Virus record (IMG/VR): IMGVR_UViG_3300028590_000012
Length of the DNA stretch: 64,000 nucleotides
From: an uncultured virus (IMG/VR IMGVR_UViG_3300028590_000012)
Taxonomy: Duplodnaviria; Heunggongvirae; Uroviricota; Caudoviricetes
Strand: one strand, 5' to 3'
Under the pieces are notes generated by a model that was not told the DNA's origin, did not search any database, and saw nothing but the letters and a program-made list of their open reading frames with translations. The translations under genes and the position numbers were made by a program. Below, one piece after another: positions 1-9,399 of this stretch; within the stretch, counting starts at the first letter, position 1; the number at the start of each line of letters is the position of its first letter.

Positions 1-3000
1 AATGAAGTCCAGCGCTTTCTCGGTCAAGAAGTCCGGGAACCCATACTCGTACTTGAAGGCTTCTCCAAGACGGCGATATACGTCATCCACGCTTTCTGCG
101 GGCTTGGAAAGAACGTCTGCAAGGATTGAGTCGAGGGATTGTCCTGCTTCCTGCGTGATCACCTCTTTGAATTTGTCCTGTCCCTCCAGGCCTTTTTCAA
201 ACTGTGAGGCAATTTCCTTATTGGATTCTGGAATGGCGCGTTCCGCCATCGGCGCGACAAGATCTTGATCCAAGTTACCGTTCTTTGCTTGTTCGACAAT
301 ACTTACAAGCTTATCGCGGGTTTCCTCCCAGTTCTTGAAGAACGGACGAACGTCTCGGGACATGCTGGACGCTCTGCCTGTAAGGGCGTTGAGGAAATCC
401 ATCGCGGCATCAACCAGCCGCTCAAACAGGGGCTTGTCTTTCTGCCAGAGTCTCCTCCAGAACTTCCCGTCGTTGAAGTGTGCGCCGATGAAGTCTTCCG
501 TAAATTCATCTGCGGCTTGGAATTCCGAGTAGCCCTTGTTGTTGATCAGGTTGTTCTTGTAGGCCGTCCAGTCGGTGGCGTTATCCAAAACGAACTGCTG
601 GAGATCTTCGTACAGAGCTTTGTTCTTGGCCTTCAGGCTGTGGCCAAACTCGTGGCCGGTAAGGAACATCAATGGGTAGTTTCCATTGACATTGATGTAG
701 ATGGCGTCGGGATTACTCTTTAGGAAGAGAGCAGACGGTGCGGTTGACGGAAGATCCGTAAGGAATACTATACGCTTCCCGAAAATCTTCTCCAGTTCTC
801 CTGCAAATGCGTTGAAGTTTACGTCGTTGCCCAGCACTCGTCTTGCTGCTCTGGCGTCAGTTGGTTCCAGAGTTCGAGTGCTCGCGCCGGATCGGAAGGC
901 CTCAAGGTCGGCATCCCGTCCCGCCTCCGCAGTTCGTCCATTATCTGCCGAAATCCATTTTGACATGGAGCTAACCGCGTCATTCTGCGCAAGAGCTTCG
1001 ATCTCGCCACTGTCCGCAGCGAAGACTCCTTCATCAACGAGTCCTTCATCGGAATAAATCGGTCTGCCTTGCTCAAGGTCTTGGGCTTCAAGCGTGCCGA
1101 CCGTGCTTTCTTGGAATGCTTGTTCATCTTCTGGAGTTGTTTGTCGTGTCGTTTCTGCTGCGGTCTGTTCCTCCACGGGGGCGAGGATTTCGGAAATGTC
1201 GTTGATGCCACGGAGGAATAGGGCCTTCTCCACGTTGGTTCGGTAGCGGGTGATGGTCTTTTTCACCCCTTCTTGGGAAAGCCCCACTTCTGCTCCGATC
1301 TCGCGCAACGATTGTCCACTGGCGTATCCACGGAGAATGGTCCTATCTCTCTCGCTGGCCTGCGACATGACGGCTTGCAGAGCCTCTCGCGCCACTCCTT
1401 GCATCCTCTTGCGGTCATTTTCTGCGATGGTGGTTTCCTGTGGAAAGGGCGCTGTGGAGACGATGGTTTCCACGTCATCATCCTCCATCACAGGTCGGTC
1501 TGGGGTGACGTACTTACTGCGGATCTTCCTGCTCTTGGCGTAGTCCCGCATGTGGTTGCGGATGATACCTGCCGCATACTGAGGGAATGAAACGCCCTTG
1601 GCAGCATCGTAGGACTTGGCTGCTTTGACCAAGCCTTGCACCGCTTCACTCTGGCGGTCATTGAAATCGGTTCCAGGAATGTTGCTGAACTGACGGGCAA
1701 ATAGGGCCGTCAGCCCAAGAGGCTTGAAGGTGTCTGTTTCTTGGAGAAGCTGCTGCTGTTCGGGAGTGAGCGGAGTAACATCAATCCCCGCGTCCGACTC
1801 AAGTTCCTGCGTGGCCTCTACCAGCGCCTTGGCCTCTGCGGCCTCACTGGCGTTGGGGTTGGTGATGGTTTCCGACCAGCTACCGCTTTCCGCCATTGCG
1901 GCGACAGCGCTTTCACCAGAATCAAGGGCGGATTCCGAAACCACCAATAGTGTTGTATCTTTACCGCCACCGTAAAAGTATTCGTTCAGCCTAACCGAGT
2001 CATATCCAGCGTTGGCAATTCTGGCCGACAGTTCCTGTAAATTATTAGCCAGGGATTGTGCAAGCTCTTCGTCCTTCGCAAATTTAATGCCTGTTGTATT
2101 TACTCCTCCACTCTCTAACAAACGCTTGAGTTCTTGCGAACCAGAATCAAAGTCTGCCGATACCTCAGTTAAGTCTAAAGTGTTTTTTGGAAACACTCTA
2201 ATCTCTTTTGGATTAGCTCCAAAATTGGATGCGTATTCTGGATTTGATGCTGCGTAGAAGGGAACCTTCGGAATCCCATCATAAGAGTTTCTCGTGGCGT
2301 GGTATAGCGTCTCCCCACTCCGCATAGGAGCCGATCCTCCTCTGGACTCAATAATCGGAGCACCAGCCAAGGTGAACGCATTCTCAACGGCGCTGTGTAG
2401 AAGGGATGTCTGTGCCGCAGGCTTGTTGAACAATAGCCTTGCGATGGCGTTGACGAAACGCTGCCACAGGGTTTGCTTCTGTCCGGGGCGCACTCGGTCC
2501 AGCTTCTTGCGGAAGCCTGCGTTGGAGAATGCCTCGGCAACCATTTCTTCCACGTTGCTGATACCGTATTCCCCTTGAAACTCTGGCATGGCAGAGATTT
2601 CCTTGTGAATGGCTACAAGTTCGTCGTACGCCTTGCGGGCTTCTCCGGTCAGTTTCTCGGGATTGCGGATCTGGTCGAGGGTTACCCGATGGCTGGCCTC
2701 ATGGAGGATGGATAGTGCCGCTCCGGGGTTCCTGCGGGCGAGGTTGATGAGAGTTGCGGGGGTTTCTCCTCCGACATAGAGCGCACTCCAGGAACTATCA
2801 GGACGGTTGACGGCCTGAATATCCATGGCCGTTCCGAGCGCTAGGAGCCTCTTGGAAAGCGTTTTCGCCCAGTCAGGGGTAGATTTGCTGTCCGCGATCT
2901 TTTGGAGAACCTTGGTGGCTGTGGCATCCTCGTCAAAGACTCCCAGTTCGGAGAGTTCGTTGAACAGCGGAATGTTAACGCTAGGCAATGGCGCAGCGTT

Positions 3001-5184
3001 CGTGAGCGGGACGCCTTGGTAGGGGTCCGGTTCTGTGGAGATTTCCGTAGCGGCTTCTGCTTTGGCTTGCTGCTTGGCCGGAAGCTTCTTTATCGCCTTT
3101 TTGACCCGCTCGCTCTTGGGCTTTACGTAATGAGCAATGTCGTTCCGCTCAATTACTTGTGTCTCTCCTGTGCGGTCATTTACAACCTCGAAAGAATGCT
3201 CGTCGTTAGCACGTTCCGCCTCTGTTTGCGGGAGAGCGCGAGTAATGGTGAACGTCTGAGGATTTCCACGCAACTGGACACGCTGGGGCTGCTGTTGGGC
3301 TGGTTCCGTAGCTCCTGTACTTGCAGTAGGTGCTTGCTGAACTCCTTCTGGGACATTTGGCTGATCTTGCTGGATCGGAGGGTTTTCATTGACCGCTACC
3401 TCTTGGCCTTGCGCTTCACTGAGTACGCTATCGCTAATGCTTGCTTGCGCGGTTTCCCGGCCCTCAATTCCGTCTTCAGGTTGGACTTGAAGGCCTTCTT
3501 GCTGGGTGACTGTTTCAATGGCATTGGGTTCTCCTTCTGGTTGTGCTGTCGTGATCTGCGCTTGGGCAAGTGCAACATCCGCTAGAGCAGGTGTCTCTCC
3601 TGCCGCAAGGGCTTCTTCCACCCTTGCTCTGGCGGCTTGTTGCTCAGATTCGACAGGCAAATCTGCTTGTGTATCACCGACAGGGGTTTCGTTAACGACA
3701 ACGGGTTCAGAAAGGGGTTGCTCCGTCCCGGCTTCCGTTTCCACCGCTGGAGTTACGGCTGGGGTTGGAGCAAATTGGGTTTCCTCTGTAGCCTGAACAT
3801 GGGCTTCTAGAGAGGGCTTGGAAAGGTCTGCTGCTGGAGTTGAAAGCAGTTCGTCGATGACGCTGGCAGATTTGCGCTGGGACTCGATCCTGTTGTCAGT
3901 GACTTCTGCGGCTGCGATTTCCACCACGGCCTCGGCTGCCGCTGGAGAATCATTAGCCTCAAGGTTCTTAGCCTGGACTGCGGCTTGTTGAACAATAGCT
4001 GTTTCTTTGGCTGATGCCGCGCCAGCCACTTGTGCAACGGTAGTTCCACCTAATCCCACTGCTGCTCCAACTAGGACGGAACTTGCAACATCCTTTGTCA
4101 GGGGTCGCTCTGGGTCGTACTTCTCAAGTTGCTTGGCAACCGTGTTGAGCCAAAGTTGCTGTGTTCCCTCAGTTCCACCTTCCTGAGCGCCTTGCTTGGC
4201 AATTTCTGAAAGGGCTTGTCTGATCGTGGACTTTCCCTCCATGGCGCGAAGGGTTTTCCCCACGAGAAGCTTATCTGCCAGGACTTCCAGGGGGCCGGAT
4301 ACCGCCACGTATTCCTTGGCTGCTGCGTGGGCTTTTTCTGGAGTTGCTCCCGACTGGATCGCATCATCGTAACCCTCTTGGTAGAGCTGCCCAATAGCCA
4401 TCGCTGGGCCAAGACCCGGCACCGCATAGGCCGGGATATTGGCGAGTTGACCGATACCTTGGGCAGCTTGTCCTAGGAATGTGCTTTGAAATTCATCGCT
4501 GACTGGGAGAGCTTGGCGCGCACCTTCCCGCATTCCAGAGGCTTCATTGGCGGCTGTTTCGAGAAATCCTCCAACGTCTCTCCGTGCCTGCTGTGCTTCC
4601 GGGGTTACCGCAAGGTTCTCAATGCTCCCTGGAGTGGTGAGACGGGTAAGGTCTGCTTCCGCCGCAGCCTTATCCAGACCCACCTGGGCCTTCTGGGATT
4701 CGGCATCCTGTGGGGACATCCGACCCTCTTTCACCATGTCATCAATCATGGTGATGGTTTGGTCGAATCCTGCGACCTTCTCCTTGGCTCGGGCCAGCGG
4801 ATCAGCTTCAGAGATTTCCTGACCCAATCCACGGTAGATGCCTTCTGAGGACATCAACACGCCCTCGGACGTAGCTCCCCTGGCGATGGCTGGAAAAACA
4901 TTCCCTATACTGTCTTCAAGGCTGTTGGCAACATTCTCTAAGAAGTTGGTTTCCGGGAGCTTGGATGCGGCCTGAATCTCCTTCAGTTTTGCCGCTGTGG
5001 AGGTATGGAACTGGTCCTGAATGGCGGCATCCTGCCATGCCCCTACAGAGTCTCCATAGGAACGGGTAGCTTTGGCCCAATTCCCAAGCGTGATGGCCTT
5101 GTCCTCGGGGGATAGCTTCTGAAACTCCTCGTTTGTTTCAACCTCCTGCCAAGACGGCGGGGCAAGGATTTCCTCGGTGGGCAT
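1..5184 (-). CDS. Giant virion/internal (ejection-type) protein, >1700 aa, C-terminus beyond the window edge
   Basis: ATG at 5184 (MPTEEILAPPSWQEVETNEEFQKLSPEDK...). The frame was spot-checked as open and no ORF in this frame appears in the track, consistent with running off the edge. Ala/Glu/Gln-rich; follows other structural genes. Confidence 0.75.
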   Translation of the reverse strand, partial: MPTEEILAPPSWQEVETNEEFQKLSPEDKAITLGNWAKATRSYGDSVGAWQDAAIQDQFHTSTAAKLKEIQAASKLPETNFLENVANSLEDSIGNVFPAIARGATSEGVLMSSEGIYRGLGQEISEADPLARAKEKVAGFDQTITMIDDMVKEGRMSPQDAESQKAQVGLDKAAAEADLTRLTTPGSIENLAVTPEAQQARRDVGGFLETAANEASGMREGARQALPVSDEFQSTFLGQAAQGIGQLANIPAYAVPGLGPAMAIGQLYQEGYDDAIQSGATPEKAHAAAKEYVAVSGPLEVLADKLLVGKTLRAMEGKSTIRQALSEIAKQGAQEGGTEGTQQLWLNTVAKQLEKYDPERPLTKDVASSVLVGAAVGLGGTTVAQVAGAASAKETAIVQQAAVQAKNLEANDSPAAAEAVVEIAAAEVTDNRIESQRKSASVIDELLSTPAADLSKPSLEAHVQATEETQFAPTPAVTPAVETEAGTEQPLSEPVVVNETPVGDTQADLPVESEQQAARARVEEALAAGETPALADVALAQAQITTAQPEGEPNAIETVTQQEGLQVQPEDGIEGRETAQASISDSVLSEAQGQEVAVNENPPIQQDQPNVPEGVQQAPTASTGATEPAQQQPQRVQLRGNPQTFTITRALPQTEAERANDEHSFEVVNDRTGETQVIERNDIAHYVKPKSERVKKAIKKLPAKQQAKAEAATEISTEPDPYQGVPLTNAAPLPSVNIPLFNELSELGVFDEDATATKVLQKIADSKSTPDWAKTLSKRLLALGTAMDIQAVNRPDSSWSALYVGGETPATLINLARRNPGAALSILHEASHRVTLDQIRNPEKLTGEARKAYDELVAIHKEISAMPEFQGEYGISNVEEMVAEAFSNAGFRKKLDRVRPGQKQTLWQRFVNAIARLLFNKPAAQTSLLHSAVENAFTLAGAPIIESRGGSAPMRSGETLYHATRNSYDGIPKVPFYAASNPEYASNFGANPKEIRVFPKNTLDLTEVSADFDSGSQELKRLLESGGVNTTGIKFAKDEELAQSLANNLQELSARIANAGYDSVRLNEYFYGGGKDTTLLVVSESALDSGESAVAAMAESGSWSETITNPNASEAAEAKALVEATQELESDAGIDVTPLTPEQQQLLQETDTFKPLGLTALFARQFSNIPGTDFNDRQSEAVQGLVKAAKSYDAAKGVSFPQYAAGIIRNHMRDYAKSRKIRSKYVTPDRPVMEDDDVETIVSTAPFPQETTIAENDRKRMQGVAREALQAVMSQASERDRTILRGYASGQSLREIGAEVGLSQEGVKKTITRYRTNVEKALFLRGINDISEILAPVEEQTAAETTRQTTPEDEQAFQESTVGTLEAQDLEQGRPIYSDEGLVDEGVFAADSGEIEALAQNDAVSSMSKWISADNGRTAEAGRDADLEAFRSGASTRTLEPTDARAARRVLGNDVNFNAFAGELEKIFGKRIVFLTDLPSTAPSALFLKSNPDAIYINVNGNYPLMFLTGHEFGHSLKAKNKALYEDLQQFVLDNATDWTAYKNNLINNKGYSEFQAADEFTEDFIGAHFNDGKFWRRLWQKDKPLFERLVDAAMDFLNALTGRASSMSRDVRPFFKNWEETRDKLVSIVEQAKNGNLDQDLVAPMAERAIPESNKEIASQFEKGLEGQDKFKEVITQEAGQSLDSILADVLSKPAESVDDVYRRLGEAFKYEYGFPDFLTEKALDFI
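3396..3524 (-). CDS. Small basic protein nested in another frame of the giant ORF
   Basis: MPLKQSPSKKAFKSNLKTELRAGKPRKQALAIAYSVKRKAKR resembles a common small phage protein type (MPLKK...GKPQKQAIAIA). Confidence 0.6.
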   Translation of the reverse strand: MPLKQSPSKKAFKSNLKTELRAGKPRKQALAIAYSVKRKAKR

Positions 5185-5199
5185 CCTTCAAGATGTAGG

Positions 5200-6237
5200 C
5201 TACGGACCCGTTTTTGTCGAGGGTTTCGGGAAGAGACTTTGAATTGGCATCGTCTTCACCGGAGTACCTGTAGCTGCGTCTGCGGAAGGATTGGATTGCA
5301 GGGACACAATTTCCTGGGAGATGGCGTTGTAGTCATCAGCCAAGTCTCCTGTGAGGTCTGCCGGGCTCTGGACACCTGCTGTGCGCAAAATTCCGAGACG
5401 CTGGGCGCGTTTGCTGCTGATCTCCCGCTGCACCTGCTGCGGAGTCATGGGACGATCCTCGTATTTCTGGCGCTCCTGCTCGGCCTTCATCTGGTTGATG
5501 AAACCTGAAGCTTTGGAAAAGGCTTCAATGCGCTTTTCGGGTGTAATGAACTGTCCCGGTTCCACCTTCATGGCATCCTGGTACACCTTCATAGCGGCGG
5601 GGCCAAAAGCTGCTACCTGTGCATCAAGGCTCTGCGCCATGCGGTCTTGGGCGTATTGCTCCCTTGCATCATCATCCTGCGCCTGCCGTTTCAGGATTTC
5701 ATTGGCCTGCATCTGCTGGGCGTGGGTTTGGTCTAGGCGTCCCAACTGGGTTTGCAGGGCTTGGTTTTGGGCAGCCAGCGGGTAGGTTTTGAGGAAAAGG
5801 GCCTTCTGGGCTTCGTAGTCAGGGGTTCCGGGAGTAAGGTCCGCAAGCGCGGGCTGCGCCTCCTCAGCTTGATTGATGACCCGGTTATCGTAGTCCAACT
5901 GCTGCTGAGTAACACGCTGGTTCAACAATTGTCCTCGGATGTTTACCTGACGAGCCTGCTGCTGGGTCTGGAACTCATCCATTGCCATCTGCTCCTCAAG
6001 GGGAACCTGCTGGCGTGGGATGGTAGGACTTACGGGGTAGCGGTCAGATACCTCGTTGTACACGTTCCTGTCCCCACGGAAGGCGTAAGGATCTCCCATT
6101 GCGGTCTGATCCTTGTATTGCGTTACCCAACTGAGTCCCGGCTGTGGCATTCTGGTCCTATCGGTGAAGCTTGTCGTGGTACCATCCCCGTTGGGGTAGG
6201 TGATTGTGATGAACTGGGCAAGAAGGAGAGCAATCAT
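5200..6237 (-). CDS. Putative virion/ejection protein (Gln-rich)
   Basis: 345-aa ORF directly upstream of the giant ORF. Confidence 0.6.
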   Translation of the reverse strand: MIALLLAQFITITYPNGDGTTTSFTDRTRMPQPGLSWVTQYKDQTAMGDPYAFRGDRNVYNEVSDRYPVSPTIPRQQVPLEEQMAMDEFQTQQQARQVNIRGQLLNQRVTQQQLDYDNRVINQAEEAQPALADLTPGTPDYEAQKALFLKTYPLAAQNQALQTQLGRLDQTHAQQMQANEILKRQAQDDDAREQYAQDRMAQSLDAQVAAFGPAAMKVYQDAMKVEPGQFITPEKRIEAFSKASGFINQMKAEQERQKYEDRPMTPQQVQREISSKRAQRLGILRTAGVQSPADLTGDLADDYNAISQEIVSLQSNPSADAATGTPVKTMPIQSLFPKPSTKTGP

Positions 6238-6279
6238 GCCACACACTACGATTGAGAATAACTGGCGTCAACGCATCCA

Positions 6280-6927
6280 TCAGTAGAACCCGTTGGCCCG
6301 GCGCTGCATGTACTCCCGGAAAGGACTGTTTCCAGCAAACTGCTCCTGCCACCATGCACGGTTCGCCTCGTAAGACCTTCCTCCTTGCATCTCCTGAAGA
6401 GATTGAGCTTGGTCCAAAAGTTCCATGCCCAACACAGGATTGCCACGCCTACGAGCAGCAATTGATGCTGCCCGCAAAGATCCTTCCTGAGCGTTTGCCA
6501 TGTTTGCCGCTCCTACCGCCCGGCGCTGATCTATCAGGGAAGGGTTGTCGAGCGAACGATTGCTAGAACGCCCCGTCAGGCGCGCGGCTCCAATGGTATT
6601 GGGGTTAATGCCCTGCTCTTCCAGGAAAGCATTGTATCGGTCCCTGCGAGAGTTTGCGGCGTCGGCCTGCTCTTCGGCCCTACGCGCCCCGATCTGCTCC
6701 GCTGCCACCATGGCCCGGTCTGCCTGTTCTGGCGTAACCGCTGGGATTTGCCGCACTCCAGGAGCGGGTAGCACGGGATTCCTTGCTGCTACTTGCGCAG
6801 GAGTTGCTCCCAAGGCTTCCCGCACAGGCATTCCGTTGATGGTTCCTCCGGGAGGGAGTGCTGCCCTGCGGGCGCGGTACGCTTGTATGAATGCGTCCGT
6901 TTCTGGGTCATTTGAGGCTTTGGCCAT
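6280..6927 (-). CDS. Putative virion/internal protein
   Basis: 215-aa Ala/Arg/Gln-rich ORF, co-oriented with the ejection-type genes. Confidence 0.55.
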   Translation of the reverse strand: MAKASNDPETDAFIQAYRARRAALPPGGTINGMPVREALGATPAQVAARNPVLPAPGVRQIPAVTPEQADRAMVAAEQIGARRAEEQADAANSRRDRYNAFLEEQGINPNTIGAARLTGRSSNRSLDNPSLIDQRRAVGAANMANAQEGSLRAASIAARRRGNPVLGMELLDQAQSLQEMQGGRSYEANRAWWQEQFAGNSPFREYMQRRANGFY

Positions 6928-7439
6928 GGAGTATTGGTGAACAATACGTACCCATACTGCAATTGAAGTGCAAGAAGGAAAAGCTTGTGCCGAATTGGGA
7001 GGAATCTAGGAATTTTTCCTAGAACCCCGAACCACCAACTCCAGTTCCACCCTAGAAATCCACTCCAGAACTTTCTTTCGTGAATCAGTGTGAATGTCTT
7101 TCATATCGGTCCTCACTGGCATCATGTCCGACATATATCTCTGAAGGAACCCTGTTGATACCGATGCGGGGATAGGGCCATTTGAAACCAGCGCCGAGTT
7201 AAGATCCACAAATTCTTTCCCAAGAAGGACGGTCTGAATGATTTTCGTGATCATGGAAGGAATTCCTGACATAGGAAATTCGCTGACTCAATCTCCATTT
7301 CTATTCCCGACATCGGCGGACTTACGTGGACGAAAAAACTTTCCCCTTGCGCTCCTTTGGGGGAGTGGTATGGTCGCCTTGCTCGTTCGGGTCGCATCCG
7401 AAGGATAACACTTTCCAAAGCCGGTTTAACCGGAAGAGG

Positions 7440-7471
7440 CCCGGAGGATGCGACCCTCCGGGTTTTTCTTT
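7440..7471 (+). terminator. Intrinsic terminator
   Basis: CCCGGAGG-loop-CCTCCGGG followed by TTTTTCTTT. Confidence 0.7.
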
Positions 7472-7543
7472 GGCATGAAGCGCAAGCAGTTCCCCAAAGA
7501 GACTCAACGAGTCGTTAATCCCTTTCAGCGTCATTGTGGGGAC

Positions 7544-7573
7544 AAAAAGATCGGGTAGCACTTTATATCCCGA
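7544..7573 (-). terminator. Probable terminator ending the tRNA/HNH operon
   Basis: Minus strand TCGGG...CCCGA followed by TCTTTTT. Confidence 0.45.
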
Positions 7574-7585
7574 GCACTGGCCTCT

Positions 7586-7866
7586 GAACCTGAAACACGG
7601 AGAACGGAGAAGCCTTTGAACCCGCAGATCGAGATCGAGGTGGAACCTCGCCCCGTCATTCCCGTAAGGGAGGGCATAATCACGTCATCCTACGCATTAC
7701 CACATGACCGAGTGCGCAGAGTGCTACTGGACGTGATCCAGTATAGAATCTGGTATGTTCGGAAACTTCAAGCGACCCACAACCGCGTTTCAGTTCTTAG
7801 CTCCCGTGTAACATCGGGGGCACTATGCCCGTGTTCTTCTACAATTTCCCCTCCCGGTTTCAGTCG
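7586..7866 (-). ncRNA. Candidate structured ncRNA downstream of the HNH gene
   Basis: Long-range helix GAACTGAAACGCGG/CCGTGTTTCAGGTTC encloses ATCACGTC/GACGTGAT, CTGCGCA/TGCGTAG and CGAGG/CCTCG; G-U pairs favour the minus strand. Confidence 0.4.
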
Positions 7867-7879
7867 TATGAAAATAACT

Positions 7880-8458
7880 CTACGACAAGAAATGATTCCA
7901 GTCCTGAACTCCATGCTTGTTCCTGATGAACAAGCTGACAGGAAGCTCCTTTGGGGCTTGTGGAGCACGGGAAAGCTTCAGTCCTGCTTCCTGTGGAAGC
8001 CTGTCAGCTTTCCTGCTATTCACCTTTTTATCAGCAAGAACGCAATTCTCCCAGGATGTAGCTCCTCCCTTTGATCGAGGAAGTACGTGGTCAATATTCG
8101 CTTCTTCGGGAGATAGTTTTCTTCCAGTGTATTGACAGATTCCATTGTCCCTTTCCCAAATTGTCTTGGATGAAAGCTTTGGTCGCTTCTTTGGAACCTT
8201 TGCGTAGTTGCACAGAACAATCACAGTGGGAACCCGAATCGCCATTTTTGAAGTATGTACTGCACAGTCAGTTTCCCTTACTGGCAGCTTCATCCAGTCA
8301 GTCCACTTTACGGCCTGCATGTTCTGACCATCTATGTCCAGTGCTGTGGCAACGTCCGTTGCGAGCATACAGATTGCTTCTGCAACAGTTTTGGTGTGGA
8401 TGGGCTGCCAAGATCGGTTCAGGACAAGAACCGTTGGCTTGTGGAGGATGTCTGTCAT
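7880..8458 (-). CDS. HNH endonuclease (McrA-like, tRNA-array-associated type)
   Basis: VLVLNRSWQP...IWERDNGICQYTG...IDHVLPRSKGGATSWENCV...NSRKADR. Confidence 0.9.
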   Translation of the reverse strand: MTDILHKPTVLVLNRSWQPIHTKTVAEAICMLATDVATALDIDGQNMQAVKWTDWMKLPVRETDCAVHTSKMAIRVPTVIVLCNYAKVPKKRPKLSSKTIWERDNGICQYTGRKLSPEEANIDHVLPRSKGGATSWENCVLADKKVNSRKADRLPQEAGLKLSRAPQAPKELPVSLFIRNKHGVQDWNHFLS

Positions 8459-8491
8459 AAATTCGTTAGTCTGTTCTTCTTGTTTTCGAAA

Positions 8492-8569
8492 TGGTGGAAG
8501 CGGACGGAGTTGCACCCTCACCTTGCCGGTTAAAAGCCGGATATGCTTGTCTGTTAACACTACGCTTCC
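8492..8569 (-). tRNA. tRNA-Lys(TTT)
   Basis: GGAAGCG/CGCTTCC acceptor, loop CTTTTAA, CCA. Confidence 0.85.
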
Positions 8570-8574
8570 TGAAA

Positions 8575-8650
8575 TGGTCCCTCATCCCGGTAATGCTCCG
8601 GGCACAGTGCTTTTTGAGAACACTCGGTCTGCTATTGCCATCAATGAGGG
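8575..8650 (-). tRNA. tRNA-Leu(CAA), short variable arm
   Basis: CCCTCAT/ATGAGGG, loop CTCAAAA, A73-CCA. Confidence 0.75.
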
Positions 8651-8651
8651 A

Positions 8652-8727
8652 TGGTCCCCATGATTGGTCTTGCACCAACACATTACATCCTTCTCGGGGA
8701 TGCTCCTCTGCTTTGGGATACATAGGG
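8652..8727 (-). tRNA. tRNA-Leu(GAG), short variable arm, C33
   Basis: CCCTATG/CATGGGG, CATCC-CCGAGAA-GGATG, CCA. Confidence 0.75.
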
Positions 8728-8730
8728 AAA

Positions 8731-8806
8731 TGGTACCGCCGACCGGTGCTGCCCCGGCTCGCTCCTCCTTGAAAGGGAGGCAGACATGCTGTTGTCCATC
8801 AGCGGC
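8731..8806 (-). tRNA. tRNA-Glu(TTC)
   Basis: CCTCC-CTTTCAA-GGAGG, CCA. Confidence 0.8.
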
Positions 8807-8812
8807 ATAAAT

Positions 8813-8886
8813 TAGAACCCGAACATGGACTCGCACCATGACTTGTCCTCGTTCAAAGCGAGGGTGACTACTTTGCCGACTCGGGT
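8813..8886 (-). tRNA. tRNA-Gln(TTG), ends CTA rather than CCA
   Basis: CCTCG-CTTTGAA-CGAGG. Confidence 0.75.
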
Positions 8887-8888
8887 AT

Positions 8889-8981
8889 TGGTCCTCCTGC
8901 TAGGTAACGCTCCTAGACTCGGCCCACTTCAAGGACTACTGACGATTATAAGTCGTCCGGTTCTCTTTGAACTACAGGAGG
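8889..8981 (-). tRNA. tRNA-Ile(TAT) with long variable arm
   Basis: CCTCCTG/CAGGAGG (same 5' acceptor strand as Ile-GAT), GACGA-CTTATAA-TCGTC, ~24-nt variable region. Confidence 0.8.
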
Positions 8982-8984
8982 AAA

Positions 8985-9071
8985 TGGCGGATCGCAGAGG
9001 ACTTGCACCCCATGCCCGAAGGCATCATCTGTTTAGCAAACAGCGAAGGCACCTTGGCCCCTATACGATCC
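8985..9071 (-). tRNA. tRNA-Ser(GCT)
   Basis: Loop TTGCTAA, long variable arm, G73-CCA. Confidence 0.85.
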
Positions 9072-9075
9072 AAAA

Positions 9076-9149
9076 TGGCTGGGCTCCGTGGATTCGCACC
9101 ACAACGACCTGTTTCAGAGACAGGCAGGCTACTATTACCTCAGAACCCA
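9076..9149 (-). tRNA. tRNA-Gln(CTG)
   Basis: CCTGT-CTCTGAA-ACAGG, G73-CCA. Confidence 0.8.
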
Positions 9150-9155
9150 ATAAAA

Positions 9156-9228
9156 TTGGATAGGAGTGTGCTATCCGCTACACCAACGAGCCGAAGCCCG
9201 TGTTGGATTCGAACCAACGCTTCTCCAA
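9156..9228 (-). ncRNA. Circularly permuted tRNA mimic (YrlA/Y-RNA-like module)
   Basis: Order is T arm GTTGG-TTCGAAT-CCAAC, acceptor ACGGGC-TTCG-GCTCGT closed by UUCG, D arm GTGT-AGCGGATA-GCAC, open stem GGAG/CTCC. Confidence 0.75.
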
Positions 9229-9230
9229 GA

Positions 9231-9305
9231 TGGAGGGAATCGAGAGACTTGCGCTCTCCTCTCAGGTTTACAAAACCCGTGCATCGCTTTCTATGCTTGA
9301 AACCC
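9231..9305 (-). tRNA. tRNA-Thr(TGT)
   Basis: CGGGT-TTTGTAA-ACCTG, CCA. Confidence 0.8.
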
Positions 9306-9309
9306 AAAA

Positions 9310-9395
9310 TGGCGGTCAGCGGAAGTATCGCGCTCCAAACCCGAAGGTTCCTTCCGTTTTCGAAACGGAGTCCATGCTTCATGGATTCACTAACC
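9310..9395 (-). tRNA. tRNA-Ser(CGA)
   Basis: TCCGT-TTCGAAA-ACGGA, long arm, G73. Confidence 0.8.
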
Positions 9396-9399
9396 AAAA

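Noticed and set aside
7006..7272. 88-aa minus-strand ORF
   Set aside because: May be real, but it has no recognisable motif or supporting context, so it was left uncalled.
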